A DNA stretch of 64,000 nucleotides from Bacteriovoracaceae bacterium (GTDB lineage Bacteria; Bdellovibrionota; Bacteriovoracia; Bacteriovoracales; Bacteriovoracaceae). Both the position numbers and the translations under genes were made by a program. The notes under the pieces are model-generated. The model made no database searches, had not been told where the DNA came from, and saw only the letters and a program-made list of their open reading frames with translations. The DNA lies in NCBI GenBank assembly GCA_023701435.1, contig JAMPXB010000002.1, positions 48,171 through 112,170 of the forward strand, given 5' to 3'. Every line of letters begins with the position of its first letter. Position 1 is the stretch's first letter. Positions 35,094-43,245 of the stretch are shown piece by piece.

Positions 35094-35744
35094 ATGAAAA
35101 TTTTGGGTCTAATTGGTTTTTTTATACTTAGTGGCTGTCGTGAATTTTATGATGAGGAGTTTGAAGAATTTGAGGCTTCACGGCCCAGTCAGGCAGAAAT
35201 TAATAACGTCTCCTATAGCTCTGACCTTCGATCAACAGATCCTAATCTGGTGGGGCTCGATGGAACTGCTACTATTAAAGTCAATGATGAGGATGTGGAC
35301 ATAACCATTGATGTTGATGGAATTCCTCAAAACATTATCAACCCTCATTACACTTTCATCAGTGCTGATTGTTCCACCCAAAATTTTACCATTCCAAATG
35401 ATTTGGGAACTACCAGGAGTTTTAATATCTCGGAAAGAATTACGACAACGGCCTTAGAGTCAGATCTCAGGTCATCCGGAGCATACTCGGGTGATTTAAA
35501 TCTGGAAGGAAAGAGTATTATTGTGAAGGCCTTTTCGACTTTAACTAATTTGCCGGATACTACTGCCACAAACTCAATCGTAGTGGCCTGTGGGGAAATA
35601 GAAGTGGAGGATGAGGAAAGAAACACAACAACCATTGGTACAGCGGGAGGTATAGTAGGAGGCACCATTGGCGGTACTGATGAGGGAACGACTGATGGTA
35701 CGGTGGGTGGAACGGCAGGAGGAGCCGTTGGGGGAAGTTTTTAA
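35094..35744 (+). CDS. Lipoprotein with C-terminal Gly/Thr repeat tail
   Basis: MKILGLIGFFILSGC lipobox. The tail is GTAGGIVGGTIGGTDEGTTDGTVGGTAGGAVGGSF. Confidence 0.6.
   Translation: MKILGLIGFFILSGCREFYDEEFEEFEASRPSQAEINNVSYSSDLRSTDPNLVGLDGTATIKVNDEDVDITIDVDGIPQNIINPHYTFISADCSTQNFTIPNDLGTTRSFNISERITTTALESDLRSSGAYSGDLNLEGKSIIVKAFSTLTNLPDTTATNSIVVACGEIEVEDEERNTTTIGTAGGIVGGTIGGTDEGTTDGTVGGTAGGAVGGSF
35637..35741 (+). repeat. Coding GGT/GGx low-complexity repeat
   Basis: Reiterated ggt/gga/ggc-acn codons encode the (G-G-T/x) tail of the lipoprotein. Confidence 0.7.
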
Positions 35745-36013
35745 ATATCCTTATGAAGGTTCGGATATTCCTGTTTGCCATTTATTTAAAATTCAAAAGT
35801 GAAATCTCTTAAAAATATAAATGAGCAAAATTCGAAACTTAACTTACTTTCTGCGCAGAAAGCAGGGCGTGTCATTTCTAAGGAAATGTACTGAATGCGC
35901 GGATCAAAGAATGTCCTGATTTTCGTCACTTTATTCATCAATAGACAACGAAAGACTTTTAAGTCATTTGAATCACAAAATCCACAGTGGCCCCCAGATT
36001 GCTTTATTTGCAT

Positions 36014-37219
36014 ATGAATAAAATGAACGCTTTCCTAATCCTAGTCCTTTTTTCCTTCACCAGTATGGCGACCACCATCACCAAAGATATGAGCACCACT
36101 GCCTTTATCCTGGCGACTCCTTCAGGTCCAGTAAACCGTATTGTCCGGATAAAGAATCTAGATGAGTTCATCAAAAATTTCATGGGTAAAAATCCAGAGG
36201 TGAATCTCAAAGATCCAGCTTACCTTCAAATAAAGCAGTACTTTAAAAACGGTGGGATCACCGCTCTCATTGCCCGGGTGCCACTTAACAAGAATGCAAT
36301 ACCTCTCGCAAAAAACGTTATCGGTGAATCTAAGAAGAAGACTGGAATTTATGCTTTCAGCTCCAGTGACGACTTCTCTCAACTTGTCATACCTGAGCTT
36401 AATAACCTGCAGGAGGAAGAGGCCAGAAAGGCACGAAAGAAGGCCATCAAATTTGTAAAAATCAGAGATGCTCTTTTAATCATGGATACGCCTTCGTCTC
36501 TGGACTTCAAAGAGACGATTGCCTGGAGAGATAATACTCCAGACTTAATGGACCCTATTAGTCAATCGGCTGCTCTTTATTACGGTCGTGTTGTGGTTGA
36601 TAATATCACTCTTGGAGTCTCAGGCAGCATGGCAGGTATATTATCCAGTAGAGAACCATGGGAGCAATCGGCCAATGTGGCCATTGAAGGAATAGAAAAG
36701 TTAGGAACACTCATTAGCGAATCACAGCAACTAGAAATAAATTCTCCTGCTAATGGGGTCAGAATCAATTCCATCAGAGAATTTTCACAAGGTCCTGTCG
36801 TTGCCTGGGGGAGTCGAACTATCTATGGGGATCCGGATGGTCTAAACTACATTCATTCCCAGCGCATGAGCTCGATGCTAAGAGGGACCATTTCAAAGAC
36901 CCTTGATTATTACAAAACTTCTCCTAACAACGCTACAACATGGCTCCTTGTTAAGGCCGTTATTCAAAATTATTTGACTGATCTGTGGTCTGTAGGGGCC
37001 CTGGCCGGAGTGCCAAATGCTTCCAATGCCTTTGATGTAAGTATTGGTCTAGGTTCAACAATGAGCATGGAGGATGTGTTAGAAGGCAGAATGATTGTCC
37101 AGGTCCGAGTGGCATTGGAAAAATCGGATCACTATATTGAGCTAGTTTTTTTACAAATGATGATGAATGAACAAAATGGAAAATGGATCTTACATTCTGC
37201 ACAGAAGAAGATTTTGTAA
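36014..37219 (+). CDS. Phage/contractile-injection tail sheath family protein (orphan)
   Basis: Sheath motifs run along the whole length: TTAFILATPSGPVN, YFKNGGITALIARV, KKTGIYAF, ALLIMDTP, GVRINSIREFSQGPVVAWGSRTI, SPNNATTWLLVKAVIQNYLTDLWSVGALAG, FDVSIGLGSTMSMEDVLEGRMIVQVRV. The start is ambiguous: ATG 36014/36023 gives a hydrophobic signal-like N-terminus, while ATG 36065 gives MATTITKDM. Confidence 0.8.
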   Translation: MNKMNAFLILVLFSFTSMATTITKDMSTTAFILATPSGPVNRIVRIKNLDEFIKNFMGKNPEVNLKDPAYLQIKQYFKNGGITALIARVPLNKNAIPLAKNVIGESKKKTGIYAFSSSDDFSQLVIPELNNLQEEEARKARKKAIKFVKIRDALLIMDTPSSLDFKETIAWRDNTPDLMDPISQSAALYYGRVVVDNITLGVSGSMAGILSSREPWEQSANVAIEGIEKLGTLISESQQLEINSPANGVRINSIREFSQGPVVAWGSRTIYGDPDGLNYIHSQRMSSMLRGTISKTLDYYKTSPNNATTWLLVKAVIQNYLTDLWSVGALAGVPNASNAFDVSIGLGSTMSMEDVLEGRMIVQVRVALEKSDHYIELVFLQMMMNEQNGKWILHSAQKKIL

Positions 37220-37418
37220 TACTTAGATTATATTATACCAATGGTAACCACTGCTTAAGGACGCCAATATAAATGCTCAATTAATCGGCCTTTACTGATC
37301 CTTCCGACCTTAAGACTAGTCACTCATTTAATTTTTTATCTCCGCGGCCTGTCTTTGCAGTTTCTTCTTTCTGGAAATAATGACTGCGCGGTTATTAACT
37401 CTAGAAAAAGGATCAACT

Positions 37419-37859
37419 ATGAGCTTCCGTACGAATTTCAACTACGTAATGATTACTGGCCTGTTATTCACCCTTGCAAGCTGTGGAAACGATTCTAAAA
37501 AATCACGTTCACGGCAAGAACTGAACACGATCTGTGAAGGAATAAGTTGTTTGTCTTCTGTAAACTGGAAGATCATGCTTCCGGGAAGATCATTTCCTGA
37601 AAAATCTCGTGTTGATATCAATGGAACAACTGTCCTTAATGAATGTGTCTCAAAGCAAAGATACATGATTGACCGATCTACTGATCCGGAGTCTCTGACT
37701 TTAGAAAATTATTTTGTGCCTAAGAAAGGTGATCTGAAAATTGATGTCATTGATATGGGACCAGATTGCAGTTCATCCTCGACTTTTATCTCGAATGATA
37801 GGGTCCATTTTGATTACGTCAAAGGTGTTACTTATAGCGAAATCCAAATTAACCTTTAA
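37419..37859 (+). CDS. Lipoprotein, Cys-rich, hypothetical
   Basis: Start trimmed to MSFRTNFNYVMITGLLFTLASC (lipobox LASC). Confidence 0.55.
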   Translation: MSFRTNFNYVMITGLLFTLASCGNDSKKSRSRQELNTICEGISCLSSVNWKIMLPGRSFPEKSRVDINGTTVLNECVSKQRYMIDRSTDPESLTLENYFVPKKGDLKIDVIDMGPDCSSSSTFISNDRVHFDYVKGVTYSEIQINL

Positions 37860-37861
37860 CC

Positions 37862-37893
37862 AAAAAAAAGTCCCGCATGGCGGGACTTTTTTT
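37862..37893. terminator. Bidirectional rho-independent terminator
   Basis: A8-AGTCCCGC-atg-GCGGGACT-T7, between convergent stops at 37859 and 37898. Confidence 0.8.
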
Positions 37894-37897
37894 ATAT

Positions 37898-38965
37898 CTA
37901 ATCGACCAGTTCCTGAAGTCTATGAAGTACTCCCTCAAATTTTCTTGGTTTGTGCTTGAGCCATAAAAAATCCGGTCGTGCTGATGATGTCCATTCACCG
38001 CCGATAATTGTGCCTGATCTGTCGATGTCCAATCCGTAGTAATAAGTCATTTGTTTAAAATATTGTTTTGCGGTTCCTATCACAGGTCGCCAGTCATGAC
38101 CTCTTTCGTCAACGTAGGTAATCGTGGTTTTTAAGTTAATGACTTTGACTGTGCCGGGGGCAGACCGACGTAAAGGGCCCTGGGTACCAGTAATGACAGA
38201 TTGATAAGAGGAGATGGGATGGTTCCAGACTTGTTTATAGCGGTTTAAATCGGCAATGAAGCCTTTGCCATCAATCCCCAGTCGATTGGCCAGGACGATA
38301 TGAAAAGCACCGGCATTCATGTCCTGCTGGCAGTTCTTGTCGCGGTTAAACCATGAAGAATTACTAAAACATCGTCTGCCCATCTGAAAGGTATCAGGAA
38401 CTTCAAAACCGTAGGCATAGTAATAGCTCAGCAGTGCCTTGATGTCGGAGGATCCGAAAGGAATTTCGATGCCGTCAGGATTGACCATCAGTTTTGGTGT
38501 AGGCTCTTTATGATTCATGGTAGCAGGGGCCCATCCATGACAAATACCTTCCCAAATTTCAGCACTGCGATCGGCTGCGATACGCGAAACTTCCTCTCGC
38601 AGTGGATAATCATATCGTCCGGTAAAAAGATCATATTTTTCAGAAGGAGAGAGTTCGGCGAGTTGTGGAATGGACATGGCCATTGCTTTTTGTTTTGAAG
38701 GAGAATTCAGATTAAAACCAACTTTCCTTCTGGCATTCCAGCGGTAATTAATGTTCCCTTTATTAAGGGCCCAGTAATCACCTGACCAATATTTGTTTTT
38801 ATCGGAAACAGTCCCTTTCAAAGGCAGTTGGTCGAATTCTCTGGTAAAAAAATAGCTCATGATTTCCGGATCAGAATTCATCTCCCATCTTTCATCAAAA
38901 TTCAAAGCAGAGGCGTAGGTACTGGGTAAGGAAATCAGAATCAGAAAGCAGCTTATTAATTTCAC
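37898..38965 (-). CDS. Secreted protein with WxGxCHGW motif (transglutaminase-elicitor-like / papain-fold candidate)
   Basis: Signal peptide MKLISCFLILISLPSTYA; EIWEGICHGWAPATM. The family assignment is from memory of the motif only. Confidence 0.45.
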   Translation of the reverse strand: MKLISCFLILISLPSTYASALNFDERWEMNSDPEIMSYFFTREFDQLPLKGTVSDKNKYWSGDYWALNKGNINYRWNARRKVGFNLNSPSKQKAMAMSIPQLAELSPSEKYDLFTGRYDYPLREEVSRIAADRSAEIWEGICHGWAPATMNHKEPTPKLMVNPDGIEIPFGSSDIKALLSYYYAYGFEVPDTFQMGRRCFSNSSWFNRDKNCQQDMNAGAFHIVLANRLGIDGKGFIADLNRYKQVWNHPISSYQSVITGTQGPLRRSAPGTVKVINLKTTITYVDERGHDWRPVIGTAKQYFKQMTYYYGLDIDRSGTIIGGEWTSSARPDFLWLKHKPRKFEGVLHRLQELVD

Positions 38966-39051
38966 AAATAACCTCCAAGGTTAAGAGTGAGTAATTTAGA
39001 TGCGACCTTCCGCAATTAACCACTAAAGAAAACCTTTATTGAGCAGTTAAT

Positions 39052-39459
39052 TTATGGCCTGTCTGTTAAAACCAGGCTTTCAATTTCATACGCATCAAAT
39101 TCTGCCCTCATGGGATCAGCATCGAGTTCAATGATGCCTTCTACTACAGATAAGTCCTGATTGGACTTTGGATCAAAACGTGTCCTGACTTTCTGTTCAA
39201 GAACATTGAAGTAAGGGATGCCTTCTTTGATGGCCACATCTGCGGCCTCTTTCATCCAGATAATGTCGGCAATGGACTCATCTTCCGGGCGTTGTACTTC
39301 GTAGACGATTTTAAAAGTGTTGGACTCTTCCAACATCTCCTCCATAGGTGCTTCTTCCTGTGCCTCCCGTTCAAAAGTTGAGTGCTGCTGATTATTCATC
39401 ATAGGAATGAGAAATAATAAGGCGGCCACAATGACCACGATGAATCCAGTCAATTTCAT
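39052..39459 (-). CDS. N-terminally anchored hypothetical protein
   Basis: MKLTGFIVVIVAALLFLIPMM anchor followed by an acidic soluble domain. Confidence 0.55.
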   Translation of the reverse strand: MKLTGFIVVIVAALLFLIPMMNNQQHSTFEREAQEEAPMEEMLEESNTFKIVYEVQRPEDESIADIIWMKEAADVAIKEGIPYFNVLEQKVRTRFDPKSNQDLSVVEGIIELDADPMRAEFDAYEIESLVLTDRP

Positions 39460-39631
39460 AGATGACCTCCATCCTTTCTATGGGTGATTAAAAAGGGTTC
39501 ATTAGCGAATGAATACAGGGCCCGGTTAAATTGAGAGAAACTTCAGATGTATAACCGACGATTTAGGTGAGTGAGACATGCTTTATTAGGAATTTAGAAA
39601 CGCTGGCCATTATTTTTATTAAAATAGAATC

Positions 39632-39793
39632 ATGAAACGCCTAATCATATTGTGCGCATTAATTATAATTGGTTGTTCTTCTAAGGAACAGGAATGGGAT
39701 TCAGGAGCGGCCCGTCGGGACGCCTACCAGCAAGAGCGAATGGAGGAAGTCTCAAGGGATGTTGGAGATCAAAACTCCGGACCGGCCTTTTGA
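39632..39793 (+). CDS. Possible 53-aa lipoprotein
   Basis: Below the track cut-off. MKRLIILCALIIIGC lipobox. Its 3' end overlaps the convergent methyltransferase gene by 25 nt, which lowers confidence. Confidence 0.3.
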   Translation: MKRLIILCALIIIGCSSKEQEWDSGAARRDAYQQERMEEVSRDVGDQNSGPAF

Positions 39794-40410
39794 ATAAGAA
39801 ACATGCCATCACGGATTGGGAGAAGGGTTTTAGTGTAACCTTCCAGGTCCCGGGCCTTGATATTGTGACTGATAATAGAATCAGTTTGCTTATCAAGACC
39901 AGGTGTCAGGACCTTTCCATGCCAGAGCGTATTGTCTACCACAATCAGACCATTGGCCGATAAGTGCTTAAGTGCCCAATCCAAATAGTTGGAATAATTA
40001 TTTTTATCGGCATCAATAAAAATCAGATCAAAATTTTCTTCAATGCCGGCCAGGGCCTCAAGACCAGGTTTTAAAATTTGCTGAATTTTTTTTCCGTGAG
40101 GTGATTGATCCCAGTATTTTCTGGCGATGGCGGTGGTTTCGCGATTGATATCAATAGTGACCACTTTCCCGTCGTGAGGAATGTGTTCGGCCATCGCCAG
40201 TGCTGAATAGCCGGTATAGGTTCCGAGTTCCAGAATATTTTTTACTTTCGCGAGTCTTATAAGGAAGGCCAGTACCGAGGCTTCCATTTCTCCTATAAGC
40301 ATATTGCTGCCATGAACGCTTTCACGGGTAAAATCTCCTAGCGCCTGAACATGCTCTGATGGTCTGGTGGAATGACTGATGCAGTAATTTTCGATATCTT
40401 TTGAAACCAC
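39769..40410 (-). CDS. Class I SAM-dependent O-methyltransferase (caffeoyl-CoA OMT family)
   Basis: ILELGTYTGYSALAMA and DLIFIDADKNNY. Confidence 0.85.
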   Translation of the reverse strand: MVSKDIENYCISHSTRPSEHVQALGDFTRESVHGSNMLIGEMEASVLAFLIRLAKVKNILELGTYTGYSALAMAEHIPHDGKVVTIDINRETTAIARKYWDQSPHGKKIQQILKPGLEALAGIEENFDLIFIDADKNNYSNYLDWALKHLSANGLIVVDNTLWHGKVLTPGLDKQTDSIISHNIKARDLEGYTKTLLPIRDGMFLIQKAGPEF

Positions 40411-40488
40411 TAGTTAACTCCGTGCAAAATTATGTCTCGTAGACGATTGCTGTATCCATTGGTTTAATCTAAAGAAAAGGAGTTTGCT

Positions 40489-40791
40489 ATGAAAAAATTC
40501 TTCACTGGCCTATTACTCGCACTTTCTTTTACTGCCATCGCCGAAAATGAGTCTATTGTTTACCCTAGCGTCTACAATTATGGTTATAACGTTCAAGTTC
40601 AGGTCTGGAATACGACGGACCGAAATGTCACTTGCTCCGGTTATGTCAATATGAGGACTGAGCAAGGGCATACTAATTCAGAATATTATTATGACTGGAT
40701 TTCCCCTCGTTTTACTTCTTATCGCTCTTATTATCCTCGTCGTGCCAATGACAGAATCATAAGTGTTTCACACAGTATCTTTTGTCACTAA
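40489..40791 (+). CDS. Small secreted Tyr-rich hypothetical protein
   Basis: Signal peptide MKKFFTGLLLALSFTAIA; AAGGAG SD. Confidence 0.5.
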   Translation: MKKFFTGLLLALSFTAIAENESIVYPSVYNYGYNVQVQVWNTTDRNVTCSGYVNMRTEQGHTNSEYYYDWISPRFTSYRSYYPRRANDRIISVSHSIFCH

Positions 40792-41486
40792 CCTTGAATC
40801 AGTTACCTTATCTTGATATTCACACTCACAGACGCGGATCCACTACTGATTCTGTGAGTGTCGCCTGTTTGTCGGTCGATGAATTAATTCAAGGGCAGTT
40901 ATTCAAAGATCATTCCTGCGCAGGTATTCATCCCTGGTGGACAGAAGACTACACTCAGGAAGAAATCTCAGCTTTTAAAGAGCGGATTTTAAAACTCGCC
41001 CAGGATCAAAGACTTTGGGCCATTGGTGAAACTGGAATTGACCGGGCCTATCCTGAGTTTTTAGACTTGCAGCGGGAGCTGTTTTTCTGGCACCTGGATC
41101 TGGCGGAAAATTATCAGTTACCCCTGGTTATTCATAGTGTCAGGTCTGGCTCTGATTTTCTTCAGATCATTAAAGAAAGAAAACCCACCACGGCCTGGAT
41201 CTTTCATGATTTTCGGGGCAATGAAAACCTCATGAGGGATTTACTTCGTCTTCATCCGCAGAGTTATTTTTCTTTTGGTATGTCGATTGATAATTCTCCC
41301 CAGGTGCGGGAACTGCTTCCCCTTGTTCCGCTGCAAAACTTATTTCTGGAAACGGATGATCAAAAGCATCTGGATATTCATGATATTTATGTCCGGGCGG
41401 AAAATATCCTGAAAATCGACATGGACCTTCTTAAGTCCCAGATATGGTTGAATTTTAAAAAAGTTTCCCATACGTCACAAAACTAA
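40782..41486 (+). CDS. TatD-family metal-dependent hydrolase
   Basis: LDIHTHRRG, GETGIDRAY and LPLVIHSVRS. The track start is a TTG, so the exact start is uncertain. Confidence 0.7.
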   Translation: MSLTLNQLPYLDIHTHRRGSTTDSVSVACLSVDELIQGQLFKDHSCAGIHPWWTEDYTQEEISAFKERILKLAQDQRLWAIGETGIDRAYPEFLDLQRELFFWHLDLAENYQLPLVIHSVRSGSDFLQIIKERKPTTAWIFHDFRGNENLMRDLLRLHPQSYFSFGMSIDNSPQVRELLPLVPLQNLFLETDDQKHLDIHDIYVRAENILKIDMDLLKSQIWLNFKKVSHTSQN

Positions 41487-41508
41487 GAATCTGATCGTCT
41501 TAGAGTTC

Positions 41509-41784
41509 ATGAAAATACTCCTCTTAATATTTTTAATTTTTGGAAATCTTGCGGTGTGGGCGGGAGAAATAGACGTCAAAGTTAACGGCATGGTCTGCTC
41601 CATGTGTGCCCAGGGGATTCAAAAACACTTAAAAAATGAACCGGCCATCAGGCATGTCGTAGTGGATATGGATCAGAAGATCGTCATGATTCATACTCAG
41701 ATGAATCAGGACATAAGTGATGAAACCATTACAAAACTCATCACCCAGGCCGGATATAATGTGGCAAGTATTAAAAGAAAGTAA
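41509..41784 (+). CDS. Periplasmic HMA-domain metal-binding protein (paralogue of 10461..10733)
   Basis: Signal peptide; VNGMVCSMCAQGIQKHL and a C-terminal AGYNVASIKRK, the latter shared almost verbatim (ASIKRK vs ASIERK) with the other copy. Confidence 0.8.
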   Translation: MKILLLIFLIFGNLAVWAGEIDVKVNGMVCSMCAQGIQKHLKNEPAIRHVVVDMDQKIVMIHTQMNQDISDETITKLITQAGYNVASIKRK

Positions 41785-41827
41785 ACTCTTTGTTCTCCTC
41801 AAAGTCCTATGCGACAATGAGTGACAT

Positions 41828-42328
41828 ATGAAAACTGACGAAGAGTGGATGAAAGAATATCAAAAGGGCAGTGAAGAGGCCTTTGGGGTTCTCTATGAGA
41901 AGTATTCTCCCATGGTATTTGGTTTCATCAGGAAACGCATGCGGGAGTCGGAAGTTGAGGACTTGTATCAGAAAGTCTGGCGACAACTCCATGAGAAGCG
42001 GGAGTTATATAAAGACCAGCCCTTTGCCCCGTGGTTTTTTGTGATGATCAAGCATCTCCTGATTGATGAGTACCGCTCGCTGGGACGCAGAAACAATAAG
42101 GAATTGCAGGACGAATTAATTGATAAAATTTATCACCAAAGCGGCAGTGATATTGAGGACATGCTGGAGCTACTGCCGGAAGAATCCCGGGACTTGGTGC
42201 GGAAATACTACCTGGAAGGTGTCAGTTATGAAGAACTGGAAAACCAGACAGGTTTGTCACAAACTAACCTTCGCCAACGTCTCTCTCGTGCCTTGAGGGG
42301 TTTAAGGAATAAGTTATATGAACCGTAA
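41828..42328 (+). CDS. ECF-type RNA polymerase sigma-70 factor
   Basis: Region 2 is AFGVLYEKYSPMVFGFIRKRM..DLYQKVW. Region 4 is VSYEELENQTGLSQTNLRQRLSRALRGLR. Confidence 0.85.
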   Translation: MKTDEEWMKEYQKGSEEAFGVLYEKYSPMVFGFIRKRMRESEVEDLYQKVWRQLHEKRELYKDQPFAPWFFVMIKHLLIDEYRSLGRRNNKELQDELIDKIYHQSGSDIEDMLELLPEESRDLVRKYYLEGVSYEELENQTGLSQTNLRQRLSRALRGLRNKLYEP

Positions 42329-42851
42329 AGAATTTTTAGAATTCATCACCACCAAAGAAACACCACCGGAGCAGTTAAAGACTGCCGCCAGGAAAGATAT
42401 TCTTTTAAGTTTCAGATCTAAATCAATCATCACTAAATTTATTGCCTTCCAGCTTTTGGGTGCCCTCTTTTCTCTGACTTTTTGCCCTCAGTTTGGATTG
42501 GGTCTGGTTCAAGGCCATGGCATTGCTCATGTGTTCCGTTTAATCAGTGATTCAGCTTGTGCTGCTTTCTGTGGCTCACTCTTTTTATCTTCAGGGATGC
42601 TGACGGCATTTATCGGTATGAAAGGTGAGGAGCTGTGGTGGGTGTGGAGACGTTTTAAATTCTCTTTAATTCTTCTTCCTGCTCTGTTGTGGGCGATGCT
42701 TATGTTCACTAATATGATGCTGAGTCTCCCGGGTGAGACCATCAAGTATCATTTAACCTGGATTGCCACTGCTCTCTTTGCACAGTTTATGCTGATGCAT
42801 TTTAGAAGCTATCTTTACTCGTATCAGACTTTGGGAAGCAAATCATATTGA
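42318..42851 (+). CDS. Multi-pass membrane protein, putative anti-sigma factor (NrsF/DUF1109-like)
   Basis: Overlaps the sigma gene by 11 nt. Short cytoplasmic N-terminus, ~5-6 TM, and Cys residues in or near loops (FCPQFG, SACAAFCGS). Confidence 0.5.
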   Translation: MNRKEFLEFITTKETPPEQLKTAARKDILLSFRSKSIITKFIAFQLLGALFSLTFCPQFGLGLVQGHGIAHVFRLISDSACAAFCGSLFLSSGMLTAFIGMKGEELWWVWRRFKFSLILLPALLWAMLMFTNMMLSLPGETIKYHLTWIATALFAQFMLMHFRSYLYSYQTLGSKSY

Positions 42852-43185
42852 AGATGTCTGTTCTTCCGGCCAGGCCATGAATCAGTTGAACCGGAAGTGT
42901 GCGGGCGGTAGAGGAGTAGCTTCTTTTGGCGACTTTCTGATAAGTGGTATTCATATCCAGAATAATTCGCGAAAGGGAGACTTCAACCCCTGAATCTTTG
43001 GGCATCATCGCCGCATAAATTTTCCAACCATCTAGTTCTATTTCTTTTTTTTCGGAGAGTTTTAACTCAAAAGTGATGGTGGAATTTTTATAGGAAGCCT
43101 CACAGTTATAATCAGTGAAAGGCTTTTTGGCATGAACCGTAAAAATCATCAGAAGAAAAACGGGAATGAGAAATAGGATCTTCAT
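42802..43185 (-). CDS. Secreted hypothetical protein
   Basis: Signal peptide MKILFLIPVFLLMIFTVHA; GGAG SD. Confidence 0.5.
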   Translation of the reverse strand: MKILFLIPVFLLMIFTVHAKKPFTDYNCEASYKNSTITFELKLSEKKEIELDGWKIYAAMMPKDSGVEVSLSRIILDMNTTYQKVAKRSYSSTARTLPVQLIHGLAGRTDIFNMICFPKSDTSKDSF

Positions 43186-43245
43186 GGCGTCTCCTTATGA
43201 AGGGGACACCATGAATACAATGGAGTTGTGACAAAGTAGCCTTAA

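Noticed and set aside
35786-36013. 75-aa minus-strand ORF upstream of the sheath gene
   Set aside because: It occupies the promoter/leader region, and has no SD, signal or motif.
37345-37360. Sigma-54-like GG..TTGCA upstream of the 37419 lipoprotein gene
   Set aside because: The GG to GC spacing is one nucleotide short of the strict -24/-12 geometry.
39681-39963. ORFs 39681..39896 (-) and 39694..39963 (+)
   Set aside because: They overlap the well-supported O-methyltransferase CDS in other frames, and their Arg/Pro/Gly-rich composition is typical of shadow ORFs.
41440-41508. Possible ECF-type promoter (TGAAT..N19..CGTCA) at the end of the TatD-family gene, upstream of the HMA gene
   Set aside because: The -35 lacks the characteristic AAC, and a match of this quality is expected by chance. 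It is mentioned only as something to test under the ECF finding.
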